Origin: Gammaproteobacteria bacterium
Lineage (GTDB): Bacteria > Pseudomonadota > Gammaproteobacteria > Steroidobacterales > Woeseiaceae
DNA length: 64,000 nucleotides
NCBI GenBank assembly: GCA_029863705.1
Contig: JAOTUU010000003.1
Location: forward strand, 1,200 to 65,199
Reading direction: 5' to 3'
Position 1 is the stretch's first letter; each line of letters starts with the position of its first letter. Of this stretch, positions 1 to 12,027 are shown in pieces. Position numbers and translations under genes: made by a program. Under the pieces are notes generated by a model. The model made no database searches and was not told where the DNA came from. It saw only the letters and a program-made list of their open reading frames with translations.

Positions 1-1011
1 GGCCAGCTCGTCGGTCAGGTCAATCTTGTTTCTCACGATAGTCAGCTGCACGCCTGGAGGCAGCTTTTCGCCGATTTCCGCGTCGTCCGGCTCAGACGCA
101 TCCTGGATCCATAGCGCCGTGTCTGCGCTCTTGAGCGCCTCGCGCGCGCGCCGTATGCCCTCTGCCTCAATGCGGTCCGGGTTGTCTCGCAGGCCGGCGG
201 TGTCCACCAGCTCGACCGCCAGGCCATCGATGTTTATCTGCTCGCGAATGATGTCGCGCGTGGTTCCTGCAACCTCGGTGACAATCGCGGACTCCTCTCC
301 GCTGAGGCAGTTCAACAGGCTCGACTTTCCGGCGTTGGGCTTGCCAACGATCACAACCCGCAAACCGTCCCGCAGGACGCGACCCATGCCGGCCTGTCGC
401 TCAAGTTTGCGAAAAGCCTTGCCGCAATCCTCGAGACCAGACAGCAAGGCGTCATCCGATAGAAAGTCGATTTCCTCTTCGGGAAAATCAATCGCTGCCT
501 CGACGTGCATGCGCAGCCGGGTTAATTGCTCAGCGAGCTTGCCCACCGACTCCGAAAACACACCGCTTAGAGATCGCAGTGCTGCGCGCGCCGCCTGCTC
601 CGTGCCACTGCTTATGAGGTCAGCTATCGCTTCTGCCTGTGCAAGATCCAGCTTGCCATTGAGAAAGGCTCGCTTGGTGAATTCGCCGGGCTGCGCGCGC
701 CGCGCCCCGAGTTCAACGGCGGCGTCTACGATAAGTGAAACGACCAACGGCCCGCCGTGTCCGTGCAGCTCAAGAACAGACTCGCCAGTGAAGGACGCCG
801 GCGCCGGGAAGAATAGCGCAAGGCCAACATCGAGCACCGCCGCATCGCCGCGCCGAAATTTTGCGTAGGTCGCTTTGCGTGGCTCAGGCAGCTTACCCAG
901 CATGCTCCGGGCGATACGCTCTGCCTCGCTGCCAGAAACGCGCACGACGGCAACGCCTCCGGCACCGGCGGGCGTTGCTGCAGCGACTATCGTATCTGGC
1001 GGCGCGATCAT
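1..1011 (-). CDS. mnmE: tRNA modification GTPase MnmE (TrmE), N-terminal 337 codons; 3' end lies off the left edge
   Basis: Absent from the ORF track because it runs off the window. Hand translation of the minus strand from ATG at 1011 gives MIAPPDTIVAAATPAGAGGVAVVRVSGSEAERIA...FFPAPASFTGESVLELHGHGGP, then GTPase motifs VGKPNAGKSSLLN (G1), DTAG (G3) and NKID (G4). Its position downstream of yidC fits the conserved rpmH-rnpA-yidC-mnmE block. Confidence 0.9.
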   Translation of the reverse strand, partial: MIAPPDTIVAAATPAGAGGVAVVRVSGSEAERIARSMLGKLPEPRKATYAKFRRGDAAVLDVGLALFFPAPASFTGESVLELHGHGGPLVVSLIVDAAVELGARRAQPGEFTKRAFLNGKLDLAQAEAIADLISSGTEQAARAALRSLSGVFSESVGKLAEQLTRLRMHVEAAIDFPEEEIDFLSDDALLSGLEDCGKAFRKLERQAGMGRVLRDGLRVVIVGKPNAGKSSLLNCLSGEESAIVTEVAGTTRDIIREQINIDGLAVELVDTAGLRDNPDRIEAEGIRRAREALKSADTALWIQDASEPDDAEIGEKLPPGVQLTIVRNKIDLTDELA

Positions 1012-1093
1012 GTCCGTAATGAGACCATAGCTGCCGGCATTATGCAGCGCCATGCACCGGCGGTCGAAGCGGCGCTTCCCCGGGTCCGGGCTC

Positions 1094-2818
1094 CTAGTCG
1101 GCCTTGTCGCCCTTGTCGCCCTTGCCGCCCTTCTTGCTGCGCTTGCCGCCCCTGGCCTGTTTGGCTTCTTTCTCCACGACCGTATTTATCTTCCATTGCT
1201 GTGCAATCGACAACAGCGTGTTGGTTACCCAGTAAAGCACCAGGCCTGACGGGAAGAAGGCAAAAAAGCCGGTAAAGATAATCGGCATTATTTGCATGAC
1301 CTTGACTTGTACCGGATCCCCAACCTGCGGATTCAGCTTTTGTTGAAAGAACATGGCCCCACCCATGATCAGCGGCAGGATGAAGAACGGATCTTTGGAT
1401 GACAGGTCTGTGATCCACAGCGCGAACGGTGCTTGTCGCATTTCAACGCTTTCGAGCAGCACCCAGTAAAACGCCAGGAAGAATGGCATTTGGATAAGGA
1501 TGGGTAAGCAGCCTGCCGCAGGATTTACTTTCTCTCGCTTGTACAGCTCCATCATTGCCTGGCTGAGCTGCTGACGGTCGTCCTTGTAGCGCTCTTGCAG
1601 CGCCTTTAGTCTCGGCTGCAAGTTTCGCATCTTCGCCATCGAGCGACCGCTCGATTCAGTGAGCTTATAAAAGGCGGCCTTGATGAGAATGGTCACGGCA
1701 ATAATCGACACGCCCCAGTTGCCAAACAATCCGAACGCTTTGCTTAGCAACCAGAACAGCGGCTGCGAGAGAATGGTCAGCCAGCCGTAATCGACCGTTA
1801 GCTTGAGCGACTCGTCAATGTCTTCGAGTTGTCCCTGCAGCTTCGGGCCGACGAAAAGCGTGGTCGTAAATGTTTTGCTCGCTCCTGGCTCCACGGTTTG
1901 CGTCGGGCCTATCGAACTCGCCGTTGATACCGCATCACGCACCGACACGCTGTAACGCTGGCTTGTTCCCGGCGCAGGCACAACCGCGCTAACAAAATGA
2001 TGTTGAATGGCGCCGAACCATCCCTGCTCCGACGCGTAAGCGTAGGGCCCGTCTTCGAGCAGGTCGTCGCGATCAAGCTTCTCGGATTTCTCACCGTCAT
2101 AAACGATTGGGCCATCGACCGAGTAAGAGTCGACGTCGAACATGCTCCGCTTGCGCTCCGTGTTCCGCCGCAGTAGCTGCACGTACTCGGCGCCGCGCCA
2201 TGTTTCTGCGCTGTTGTTTGTTATCTGCTGTTCCAGCTCGATGGCGTAACCGTCCGCCGTAAATCGATAGCGCTTTTCAACGGTCACTCCCGCACCATCG
2301 GACCAGCTCAGTGGTACTACGAGATCGTCACTGCCGCTAACGACATAGCTTTGCTGTTTGGCGCTGAAGGTGGCCCGATGGTTCGGCTCCGGGCCGTCCG
2401 CCGCCGAGCGCAAGCCCGACTGTATAAGGCCAAGCTCACTGGAATTGGTTGATAGCAGCTCGACGAGGTCATCAGGCCGGTCTTTGGCCACCGGGTAATT
2501 GCGCAAGACTGCGCGCTGAACCGTGCCACCCTGGGTGCTTAGCTCAATGTCGAACACGTCTGTCTTAACGTGGATGACCGGCGCCAGGACAACATCGTCA
2601 ACCGCCGGTGGCGCGTCAAGGCTCGGTTGCACGGCCGGTGCGTCGATGTCTGTGCTTGTCAGCTGCGGCAGCTCATCATTAGGCGCCTCAATCAGCGGCT
2701 CTTCTGTCGCGGTCGGTGTTGCTTGCGGCTTTGGGCCGTAGTCAAGCATCCATGCCTGGTAGGTAAGCCAGGCCATCATGCCGAACAGGCCCCATGTGAG
2801 AAGTCGTTGGTTATCCAT
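1094..2818 (-). CDS. yidC: membrane protein insertase YidC
   Basis: 574-aa ORF with an N-terminal TM (LLTWGLFGMMAWLTYQAW), a large periplasmic domain, and a conserved C-terminal core (GWLTILSQPLFWLL, NPAAGCLPILIQMPFFLAFYWVL, LPLIMGGAMFFQQKL). It has a lysine-rich tail. Synteny with rnpA/rpmH supports the call. Confidence 0.95.
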   Translation of the reverse strand: MDNQRLLTWGLFGMMAWLTYQAWMLDYGPKPQATPTATEEPLIEAPNDELPQLTSTDIDAPAVQPSLDAPPAVDDVVLAPVIHVKTDVFDIELSTQGGTVQRAVLRNYPVAKDRPDDLVELLSTNSSELGLIQSGLRSAADGPEPNHRATFSAKQQSYVVSGSDDLVVPLSWSDGAGVTVEKRYRFTADGYAIELEQQITNNSAETWRGAEYVQLLRRNTERKRSMFDVDSYSVDGPIVYDGEKSEKLDRDDLLEDGPYAYASEQGWFGAIQHHFVSAVVPAPGTSQRYSVSVRDAVSTASSIGPTQTVEPGASKTFTTTLFVGPKLQGQLEDIDESLKLTVDYGWLTILSQPLFWLLSKAFGLFGNWGVSIIAVTILIKAAFYKLTESSGRSMAKMRNLQPRLKALQERYKDDRQQLSQAMMELYKREKVNPAAGCLPILIQMPFFLAFYWVLLESVEMRQAPFALWITDLSSKDPFFILPLIMGGAMFFQQKLNPQVGDPVQVKVMQIMPIIFTGFFAFFPSGLVLYWVTNTLLSIAQQWKINTVVEKEAKQARGGKRSKKGGKGDKGDKAD

Positions 2819-2824
2819 GTTTTC

Positions 2825-3205
2825 CTATTCCTGAGCGCCCTTCTCGCGCATTGCCCGCTGACACCGCCCCCAGTGTCCCGTCAGGCTGTTGAACAGCTGT
2901 TGGTTTCCTGCCGCACGTGCCGCCGGCTGGTTGATGACCACGACATCCAGCCCCGCCAGCGCCGCCTGGTGGTGCCGGAAAGACTCCCTGACAACGCGCT
3001 TAATTCTGTTTCTGTCTGTTGCGAGGCGACAGTTCTTTTTGGATATCGCCAGACCCAGCCGGGCGGTGTCCATGTCGTTGCATCGGGATAATACGGTAAA
3101 ACATTTATCGCGGCTGCGCGTCGCTTTTTTAAACACGCGCCCGTACGCAGCGGCATCAAGCAGCCTCTTATCCTTTTTAAGCCGGTAGAGTGAGCTGCCA
3201 GCCAT
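2825..3205 (-). CDS. rnpA: ribonuclease P protein component
   Basis: 126-aa basic ORF between rpmH and yidC with typical RnpA features (RLKKDKRLLDAAAYGRVFKK, LGLAISKKNCRLATDRNRIKRVVRE). It ends 6 nt before the yidC start. Confidence 0.85.
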   Translation of the reverse strand: MAGSSLYRLKKDKRLLDAAAYGRVFKKATRSRDKCFTVLSRCNDMDTARLGLAISKKNCRLATDRNRIKRVVRESFRHHQAALAGLDVVVINQPAARAAGNQQLFNSLTGHWGRCQRAMREKGAQE

Positions 3206-3255
3206 TTATCTGAGTTTTTTGCCGTCTGGGCGACCGCGGCCAAAACCGGGGTCGG

Positions 3256-3390
3256 CTAAGGCGTTAGCCTGGCGCGGCCTTTTGCGCGGCGGCGCTTGAT
3301 GACGAGGCGCCCGGCTTTTGTCGCCATGCGGGCACGAAAACCGTGCGTCCGCGCGCGCTTCAATTTGCTGGGTTGAAAAGTGCGTTTCAT
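3256..3390 (-). CDS. rpmH: 50S ribosomal protein L34
   Basis: Too short for the ORF track. Hand translation of the minus strand from ATG at 3390 gives [44 protein letters not shown], then TAG at 3258-3256. This is the canonical L34 sequence. Confidence 0.9.
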   Translation of the reverse strand: MKRTFQPSKLKRARTHGFRARMATKAGRLVIKRRRAKGRARLTP

Positions 3391-3627
3391 TTGCCTGGTA
3401 CCTGGGTTTTCTGCAGCACCATCAATGGCCTGCAATCCGGAGGGGCGGCAAGAGTACGCAGATGGCCAGACAGTGTCAATAGGCGCCCTGGAACCGGCCC
3501 CTAGCTGCGCTTCGAACAGTATCTTCCGGGCGATCTGGCGGCGCTGTTGCAGACGGTATAGACTGCCCGGTCTTCTATTGATATTACTGTTTACCGCTCT
3601 TTTTTGGGGACTCTTTTGCCGGTCGAA

Positions 3628-4956
3628 ATGACGCTTTGGAATCGCTGCATCCGCGACCTTCAGGCCGAGCTTCCGGAGCAGCAGTTCAACACCTGGATTC
3701 GACCTCTACAGGCCGTAGAAGAAGGCGGCGTACTGCGCTTGCTCGCCCCGAACCGTTTTGTCGTGGAATGGCTGCAGCAACACTACGTTGACCGCATTCT
3801 GGAAATCGTCAGCGATGCGGACACAAATACCGAGATTGTCATTGAGGTTGGATCGCGCGCATCGGCTGCGCCGGCGGTGACATCGCGGCGCCCCGCCCCG
3901 CTTACCACGAACGGCTCGGTCGCAAGCACCGGCGTGGAGCCGCGCCTTAATTCGGCGTTTACCTTCAATCAGTTTGTCGAGGGCAAAAGCAATCAGCTCG
4001 CCAAGGCGGCGGCAACCCAGGTAGGCGAGAACCCCGGCAAGTCGTATAACCCGCTATTCATTTACGGTGGCGTTGGCCTTGGCAAGACCCACCTCATGCA
4101 CGCTATCGGTAACGCGATGCTCGAGCGAAACCCACGGGCGCGTGTCGCTTATGTGCATTCGGAGCGCTTCGTGGGCGACATGGTTCGCGGCCTGCAACAC
4201 AACACCATTTCGGACTTCAAGCGGCTGTATAGGTCGCTCGATGCTTTGCTTATTGACGATATTCAGTTTTTTGCGGGCAAGGAGCGATCTCAGGAAGAGT
4301 TCTTCCACACTTTCAACGAGTTGCTTGAGGGTCAGCGGCAGATGGTTCTTACCTGCGACCGTTATCCAAAAGAGGTTAATGGCCTGGAGGAGCGACTGAA
4401 GTCTCGCTTTGGCTGGGGTCTGACGGTAGCAATTGAGCCGCCGGAGCTCGAAACCTCGGTTGCCATCCTTATGAGCAAGGCTGCGGCAGATGGCGTTGAG
4501 CTTCCTGAAGAGGTTGCCTTTTTTATTGCAAAGAGAATTCGCTCGAATGTCAGGGAGCTTGAGGGCGCGCTACGCAGAGTTATCGCAAACTCTCGGTTTA
4601 CACAGCGTCCGATCAACCTGGACTTTGCAAAAGAAGCGTTGCGGGACCTTCTCGCTTTGCAGGCCCGACTGGTTTCGATTGAAAATATACAGAAGACAGT
4701 CGCAGAGTATTTTAAGATACGCGTTGGTGACCTGTTGTCAAAACGACGCACTCGCTCGATCGCTCGTCCGCGCCAGGTTGCCATGGCGCTCGCAAAGGAA
4801 CTAACGAACCACAGCCTGCCTGAAATTGGCGACGCCTTCGGCGGGCGGGATCACACGACGGTGTTACACGGTTGTCGGCGAATTGAGGCTCTACGGGAAT
4901 CCGACAAGCGAATTGACAACGATTATTTGAACTTGTTGAGAACCCTGACGGGATAG
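3628..4956 (+). CDS. dnaA: chromosomal replication initiator protein DnaA
   Basis: The ORF track starts at TTG 3604. I prefer ATG 3628 ([28 protein letters not shown]), which matches the usual DnaA N-terminus. AAA+ Walker A is [13 protein letters not shown], and the domain IV DNA-binding motif is [35 protein letters not shown]. Confidence 0.95.
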   Translation: MTLWNRCIRDLQAELPEQQFNTWIRPLQAVEEGGVLRLLAPNRFVVEWLQQHYVDRILEIVSDADTNTEIVIEVGSRASAAPAVTSRRPAPLTTNGSVASTGVEPRLNSAFTFNQFVEGKSNQLAKAAATQVGENPGKSYNPLFIYGGVGLGKTHLMHAIGNAMLERNPRARVAYVHSERFVGDMVRGLQHNTISDFKRLYRSLDALLIDDIQFFAGKERSQEEFFHTFNELLEGQRQMVLTCDRYPKEVNGLEERLKSRFGWGLTVAIEPPELETSVAILMSKAAADGVELPEEVAFFIAKRIRSNVRELEGALRRVIANSRFTQRPINLDFAKEALRDLLALQARLVSIENIQKTVAEYFKIRVGDLLSKRRTRSIARPRQVAMALAKELTNHSLPEIGDAFGGRDHTTVLHGCRRIEALRESDKRIDNDYLNLLRTLTG

Positions 4957-5098
4957 TGTGGATAAGTGGTGGATAATAGTTGTCACTACCGTTATCCACA
5001 GGCTGCACACAAGCACATGCCGAGGCATGCACCGAGTCTTAGCTCGGTTTTTCGAGTATAAGCTATTGATTTTTAAGGAAAAGAATAAATTATCCACA
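4957..5098. promoter_or_regulatory. cluster of four DnaA boxes (three perfect TTATCCACA 9-mers, one 8/9)
   Basis: TGTGGATAA at 4957-4965 is the reverse complement of TTATCCACA. GGTGGATAA at 4968-4976 is an 8/9 match. TTATCCACA occurs at 4992-5000 and again at 5090-5098. All lie in the dnaA-dnaN spacer. Confidence 0.7.
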
Positions 5099-5112
5099 GG
5101 TGCTTAGGCGCC

Positions 5113-5153
5113 TAATAATAATAATAAAATAACTATATCCAATATTTATTAAC
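5113..5153. other. AT-rich tract (candidate DNA unwinding element and/or dnaN promoter region)
   Basis: taataataataataaaataactatatccaatatttattaac has only 4 G/C in 41 nt within an otherwise GC-rich window. The preceding ~70 nt (5041-5112) are also visibly AT-rich. It sits immediately downstream of the DnaA-box cluster and upstream of the dnaN RBS (aggtgga). Confidence 0.5.
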
Positions 5154-5164
5154 AGGTGGAATCT

Positions 5165-6262
5165 ATGAAGTTAAGTGCAGCTCGGGACGTGCTCTTAAAA
5201 CCGCTACAAGCAGTAATTGGCGTTGTCGAACGACGTCAAACGATGCCCATTTTGTCGAATGTTTTGCTTGTCGCTAACGACGGTCAGCTAGCGGTTACCG
5301 CAACGGACCTGGAGGTAGAGCTTGTCGCTCAGGCAGAAGTTGCTGTAGCGGATGGTGGCGAAATTACGGTATCGGGTAGAAAGCTGCTCGATATTTGCAG
5401 GGCGCTTCCAGAGGGCTCAGACATCGATATGTCAGTAAGCGGCGAAAAGCTCGTCGTTCGCTCCGGGCGCAGCAAGTTCAGCCTTGCTACATTGCCGGCG
5501 GCCGAGTTTCCGAGCGTGGAAGATATCAAGGCCGGTCAGATCATTGAGGTAGAGCAGCAAACGCTTGGTCGCCTGATTGAAAAAACGCACTTTTCCATGG
5601 CGCAGCAAGATGTTCGTTATTATCTGAATGGCATGTTGCTGGAGACCGGTGGGAAGTTCTTGCGCGCGGTAGCAACCGACGGCCATCGTCTTGCTATGTG
5701 CGAGGCAGAGCTCGACGGTGCGAGCCTTGACGAACAGCAGGTCATCGTGCCGCGCAAGGGTGTTCTTGAGCTGCAGCGCCTGATGAGCGGAGAGGGATCA
5801 CTGAATATAGAGCTGGGCCCGAACCACGTGCGTATTCAGCTGGAGGGCATACGGTTCACATCGAAGCTGATAGACGGGCGGTTTCCAGAGTACGACCGTG
5901 TCATACCGAAGGAGTCGAGCAACGAGCTTTCTGCGGATAGAGAGGGCTTTAAAGCGGCCCTGCAGAGAACGGCGATTCTATCGAACGAAAAATATCGAGG
6001 AATTCGGCTGATCATTCGCGATAGCGGCGTCGTGATGCAAGCGCATAACCCGGAGCAGGAAGAGGCCGAAGAAGAGCTCGAAGTGCAGTACAGCGGTGAG
6101 GACATTGAGATCGGATTCAATGTGAATTACCTGCTGGATGCTCTTGGGGCCGTAAGCGGGGATGAGGTAACGCTGTCTGTTCTCGATGGCAACTCCAGTT
6201 GCCTGATTCGTCAGCCCGGGAGAGACGACTGTAAGTTTGTTGTTATGCCTATGCGCCTGTAG
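5165..6262 (+). CDS. dnaN: DNA polymerase III beta sliding clamp
   Basis: MKLSAARDVLLKPLQAVIGVVERRQTMPILSNVLL... is a typical DnaN N-terminus, and the C-terminus ends with VVMPMRL. ATG 5165 is preferred over the track's GTG 5156 because of the AGGTGGA RBS just upstream. Synteny is dnaA-dnaN-recF. Confidence 0.95.
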   Translation: MKLSAARDVLLKPLQAVIGVVERRQTMPILSNVLLVANDGQLAVTATDLEVELVAQAEVAVADGGEITVSGRKLLDICRALPEGSDIDMSVSGEKLVVRSGRSKFSLATLPAAEFPSVEDIKAGQIIEVEQQTLGRLIEKTHFSMAQQDVRYYLNGMLLETGGKFLRAVATDGHRLAMCEAELDGASLDEQQVIVPRKGVLELQRLMSGEGSLNIELGPNHVRIQLEGIRFTSKLIDGRFPEYDRVIPKESSNELSADREGFKAALQRTAILSNEKYRGIRLIIRDSGVVMQAHNPEQEEAEEELEVQYSGEDIEIGFNVNYLLDALGAVSGDEVTLSVLDGNSSCLIRQPGRDDCKFVVMPMRL

Positions 6263-6280
6263 GGGCGCGGGCCAATCCGG

Positions 6281-7348
6281 GTGCCTATTGGCAAATTCAC
6301 GGCGACGAATTTCCGCTGCCTGGCGTCCATAGAGCTCGAGGCGGACGCCAAATTCAATTTGATTTACGGCGCGAACGCCTCTGGCAAGACGAGCGTTCTC
6401 GAGGCGCTTGCGTATCTCGGGCGCGGGAAGTCTTTTCGAGGGGCGCCTACAAGCAGCCTGATCCGGCACGGAGAACAGGAATTCGTGCTTTTCGGCAAGG
6501 TAGACAACAACGGCACCGGTTCCAGCGTCGGCGTGCGTAACAGCGCGGCGGGCCTCGAGGTACGCATTGACGGCTCTGATGGCGGCGGCTCGGCCGGCCT
6601 GGCCACAGCGCTACCGCTGCAGATAATCGACCCCGATGTTCACAACCTTGTCGGCGGGGCGCCTGATGAGCGGCGCCGCTACCTCGATTGGATCGCGTTT
6701 CACGTGGAACACGGCTATCTGGATACCTGGCGGCGGTTTCGCCGCGCCCTCAAGCAACGCAATGCGGCCCTGCGCACCGGGGCAGCTACCGCCACGATCG
6801 AAGGCTGGAATGCTGGCTTTGCCGAGCTAGCAGAGGCCGTGGATGCGGCACGACGATTGGCGCTTGAGGTGGCAACGGACAGCCTGGAGGAGGCCGGACA
6901 GGACTTGCTTGGAAGCAGCGTTGGTTTTGAGTATCGCAGCGGCTGGGCAGAGGAAAGGGCGTTGTCCGACGTCCTGGCAACAACCCTCGAGAGAGACCGG
7001 CAGCAGGGCAGCACACAGGCCGGGCCGCACCGGGGAGACCTGAAGCTGACCTGTGATGAGCGCCAGGCGCGACGTCTTGTTTCTCGTGGACAGCAAAAGC
7101 TGCTCGCTTGCGCCATGATTCTCGCCGCCGCGGAAACTGCGCAAACCGCCCTGGAAAAACCTCTGCTTCTGTTGCTGGATGACCCTGCGGCGGAGTTGGA
7201 TGCTGACTCCCTGGCGCGGCTCATGGGCCGGGTAGCCGGGCTCGGTTGCCAGGTAATAGCAACCAGCCTTGAGCCAGAAACGTCATTATTTGCTGGCTCG
7301 ACGACGGTGTTTCACGTGGAACGGGGCTCGCTTGAGCGCGTCGCGTAA
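6281..7348 (+). CDS. recF: DNA replication/repair protein RecF
   Basis: 355-aa ORF with Walker A GANASGKTSVLEAL, an SMC-like signature (SRGQQKLLA) and Walker B (LLLLDDPAAELD). Position is between dnaN and gyrB. Confidence 0.9.
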   Translation: MPIGKFTATNFRCLASIELEADAKFNLIYGANASGKTSVLEALAYLGRGKSFRGAPTSSLIRHGEQEFVLFGKVDNNGTGSSVGVRNSAAGLEVRIDGSDGGGSAGLATALPLQIIDPDVHNLVGGAPDERRRYLDWIAFHVEHGYLDTWRRFRRALKQRNAALRTGAATATIEGWNAGFAELAEAVDAARRLALEVATDSLEEAGQDLLGSSVGFEYRSGWAEERALSDVLATTLERDRQQGSTQAGPHRGDLKLTCDERQARRLVSRGQQKLLACAMILAAAETAQTALEKPLLLLLDDPAAELDADSLARLMGRVAGLGCQVIATSLEPETSLFAGSTTVFHVERGSLERVA

Positions 7349-7455
7349 GGGCAGTATTTCGCCGCCTCGAAAAAACCTCATAATTCCCTAAAATATCAGG
7401 CTTTTACGCTGCTCTCAGGCGCCCGGTTTGCTACAATGGGCCGGTTATTATTTGA

Positions 7456-9903
<2,448 letters not shown>

Positions 9904-9904
9904 A

Positions 9905-11962
9905 TTAACCGGCCGAGCCGCCACGGTTAATTGGCCGCCCCAACAAGTAAGGCAATACGGTCAGATTGCTGAAGACCGCGCCGCCAAGTGCAAGGGCGCA
10001 GTAGCCGGCAAATTGCCGGGTTGTCGGGAAGTCACTGAACTGCCACACGAGCAAGCCAAGACACAGCAGCGCCGTGCTCAACAAAACGCTGAACTCTATG
10101 CTGCTGCCGCCGACCGGCACCCCGCTGCTGCGCCAGAAAAGTATGTGTATGGAGTCGTCGACGATGACGCCAAGCGCAACCAAAAACACAAACAAGGTCA
10201 CGAGGTTTAATGGGTCGCCAATAAGCCAGATGCCACCGCAAACGATCGCCAACGGCACACCGTTCGCGAGCACGGTGCTGAAAACGGCGCGCGGCGAACG
10301 GAACACCAACAAAATGGCGCCGAAAATCAGGGCCAAAGACCATGCCAGCGACCGTGACAACGACGCAATCGCGCCCTCATCAATCGTGTTGTAAACAATC
10401 AGCGCGCTACTGTAGACAAGGCTCAAGCGCTCGTCGAGCAACTCGCTCTGCTTGTCCAGCCAGGCGACAATATTTGGCAGCTCGTCCCCCTCAGAAAGCA
10501 GCGCCGTCAAAACAAAGGCGCCCACCGATTTCTGCGCAGGTTGCAGGGCAACCTGCCGAACACTCGATAGCTCTTCAAGCGAACCGCGCAAGGCACTCGA
10601 GGACTGCAGCGCAAGCAGAGGATCATCTTCATCGCTTCTTGCCGACACCAGAATTCGAAGTGGCGAGTAAACGTAAAAATCCTTTTCAAATTCATCGATA
10701 GCCGAAGAAAAACGCGAGTCGTCGGGAAAAAACGAACGCGGATCTGACTTGACCGAAAGCAGCGGGACCGTAACCGCACCGGCAACCATCACGAGCAGCA
10801 AAACAGCGCTCAACGGCGCTCTGCGGCGCGCGAGCCAGGCGGAAAGGCGAAGAAATGGTCCGGATTCCTGCCACGACCGCGAGGAGCCCTGCAGATACCA
10901 ACGCAAGGAAAGCGGCGCCGCGAGCAGCACCAGGAAATAAACGATGACCAGTGCCCCGGCCGAAAGCCGACCGAGGTTCGCAATCGGCGGAAAGTCATTG
11001 AGTCCAAGTGAGGCGAGCGCGATAGCCGTTGTGAGGCTGCTGAAAAAAAACGGTGGGCCAACCCGCTGCAATGACTGAGCAACGGCCGCATCGATATCCT
11101 GGCGCCCCTCGGCAACCGCATCAGATCTGGCAAGAAAGTGGCAACTGTTCGCCAACCCCACAATCAATACGATAGGTAACGCAAGCAAGGTAACGAGGTT
11201 GATCGTCACGTTAGCCGCGGAAAACAACGCGAACGTAACCACCGCCGATGCGATGCTCGCGAACACAGGTAACAGCAACGCGCGCCAACCTCCGAAAGCA
11301 GCCCAGAGGGCCAGCAACATCAGGAACATGGCAACTGGAATTAGTACACGCAGATCCCGCTCGAGTCCGGCAGCGATATCCTGCTCAAGCTCGAGGCCCG
11401 CAAGAACGCGATAAGCCGAATAGACGTCGTCCCAATGATGTTCGCCAAGTAGGCGCAGAAGCTGTTTCTCGTCGCCGCCCGGAGAAGAAACAACAACAAG
11501 AAAGCTCAACGCATCCGCACTAATGATAGTTTGCGCCAGCGGGTTTTCGCGCAACGCGCTGGTGAGCGTGTGCACTGAATCGTCGGGATTCAGGTCGTAC
11601 AGAAACAGCTGATCGCGAACCGAGTCGATAGAGCGAACGGAGGCGCTATCGCTTGCCGATGCCAACTTCTGTCGAAGCGTGGCAAGGTCATCGAAAACCG
11701 CGGCGATGCTGATGCCAACTTTCGGCCGAACGATTACGGCAACCGTCGTCGCGTCTCCGGAGGCTTGCGCAATCTGCAGGGCAACCTCCAGCCCTTCGTT
11801 ACTCCCGGAAATCTGGTCAAGCATCGAGCCCTCGATGACAGGAGGGCGAATCATCAGTGCAAGCAGCGCCAGCAGGCCGGTCGCGATCCACGCGGAGCTG
11901 CGCGGCCGCGCCGCCAGCCAGGCAAGCCCGTCGGTCCAGTTTCTGTTGCTTGGGTTTCGCAT
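9905..11962 (-). CDS. RND-superfamily / MMPL-type predicted exporter (12-TM with two small periplasmic loops)
   Basis: 685-aa ORF with two repeats, each a soluble loop followed by a block of hydrophobic helices (e.g. LLALWAAFGGWRALLLPVFASIASAVVTFALF and LLVFRSPRAVFSTVLANGVPLAIVCGGIWLIG). This is the topology of COG1033/MMPL-like exporters. The substrate cannot be inferred. Confidence 0.6.
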   Translation of the reverse strand: MRNPSNRNWTDGLAWLAARPRSSAWIATGLLALLALMIRPPVIEGSMLDQISGSNEGLEVALQIAQASGDATTVAVIVRPKVGISIAAVFDDLATLRQKLASASDSASVRSIDSVRDQLFLYDLNPDDSVHTLTSALRENPLAQTIISADALSFLVVVSSPGGDEKQLLRLLGEHHWDDVYSAYRVLAGLELEQDIAAGLERDLRVLIPVAMFLMLLALWAAFGGWRALLLPVFASIASAVVTFALFSAANVTINLVTLLALPIVLIVGLANSCHFLARSDAVAEGRQDIDAAVAQSLQRVGPPFFFSSLTTAIALASLGLNDFPPIANLGRLSAGALVIVYFLVLLAAPLSLRWYLQGSSRSWQESGPFLRLSAWLARRRAPLSAVLLLVMVAGAVTVPLLSVKSDPRSFFPDDSRFSSAIDEFEKDFYVYSPLRILVSARSDEDDPLLALQSSSALRGSLEELSSVRQVALQPAQKSVGAFVLTALLSEGDELPNIVAWLDKQSELLDERLSLVYSSALIVYNTIDEGAIASLSRSLAWSLALIFGAILLVFRSPRAVFSTVLANGVPLAIVCGGIWLIGDPLNLVTLFVFLVALGVIVDDSIHILFWRSSGVPVGGSSIEFSVLLSTALLCLGLLVWQFSDFPTTRQFAGYCALALGGAVFSNLTVLPYLLGRPINRGGSAG

Positions 11963-12027
11963 CGCGTCCGAGTGTACCTGCCGTCAGCGCTGCGTGTCGG
12001 CAAGGGAAAGGGTTTACAATCCGGCAC

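Noticed and set aside
26-868. 280-aa plus-strand ORF at the left edge (Ser/Arg/Ala-rich).
   Set aside because: It is the antisense frame of mnmE, whose minus-strand translation shows unmistakable MnmE and GTPase motifs. The plus-frame product is low-complexity with no recognisable motif.
1094-1150. Short nucleotide repeats (gccttgtcgcccttgtcgcccttgccgccc) at the 3' end of yidC.
   Set aside because: They simply encode the Lys/Gly/Asp-rich C-terminal tail (KKGGKGDKGDKAD) that is common in YidC proteins. This is not an independent repeat element.
2819-3255. Looked for yidD (membrane protein insertion efficiency factor), which normally sits between rnpA and yidC.
   Set aside because: rnpA ends 6 nt before yidC. 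No minus-strand frame here encodes the YidD CRF-PTCS-Y...RC(H)P motif, so it is not present at this locus and is presumably elsewhere. I did not treat this as a finding because the absence cannot be assessed from one window.
3380-3631. 83-aa plus-strand ORF in the rpmH-dnaA spacer. I also tested this spacer as a Pseudomonas-type oriC.
   Set aside because: The ORF overlaps the rpmH start, has no RBS or motif and looks random. I found no TTATCCACA-like box (8/9 or better) in the spacer, so it is not called as an origin.
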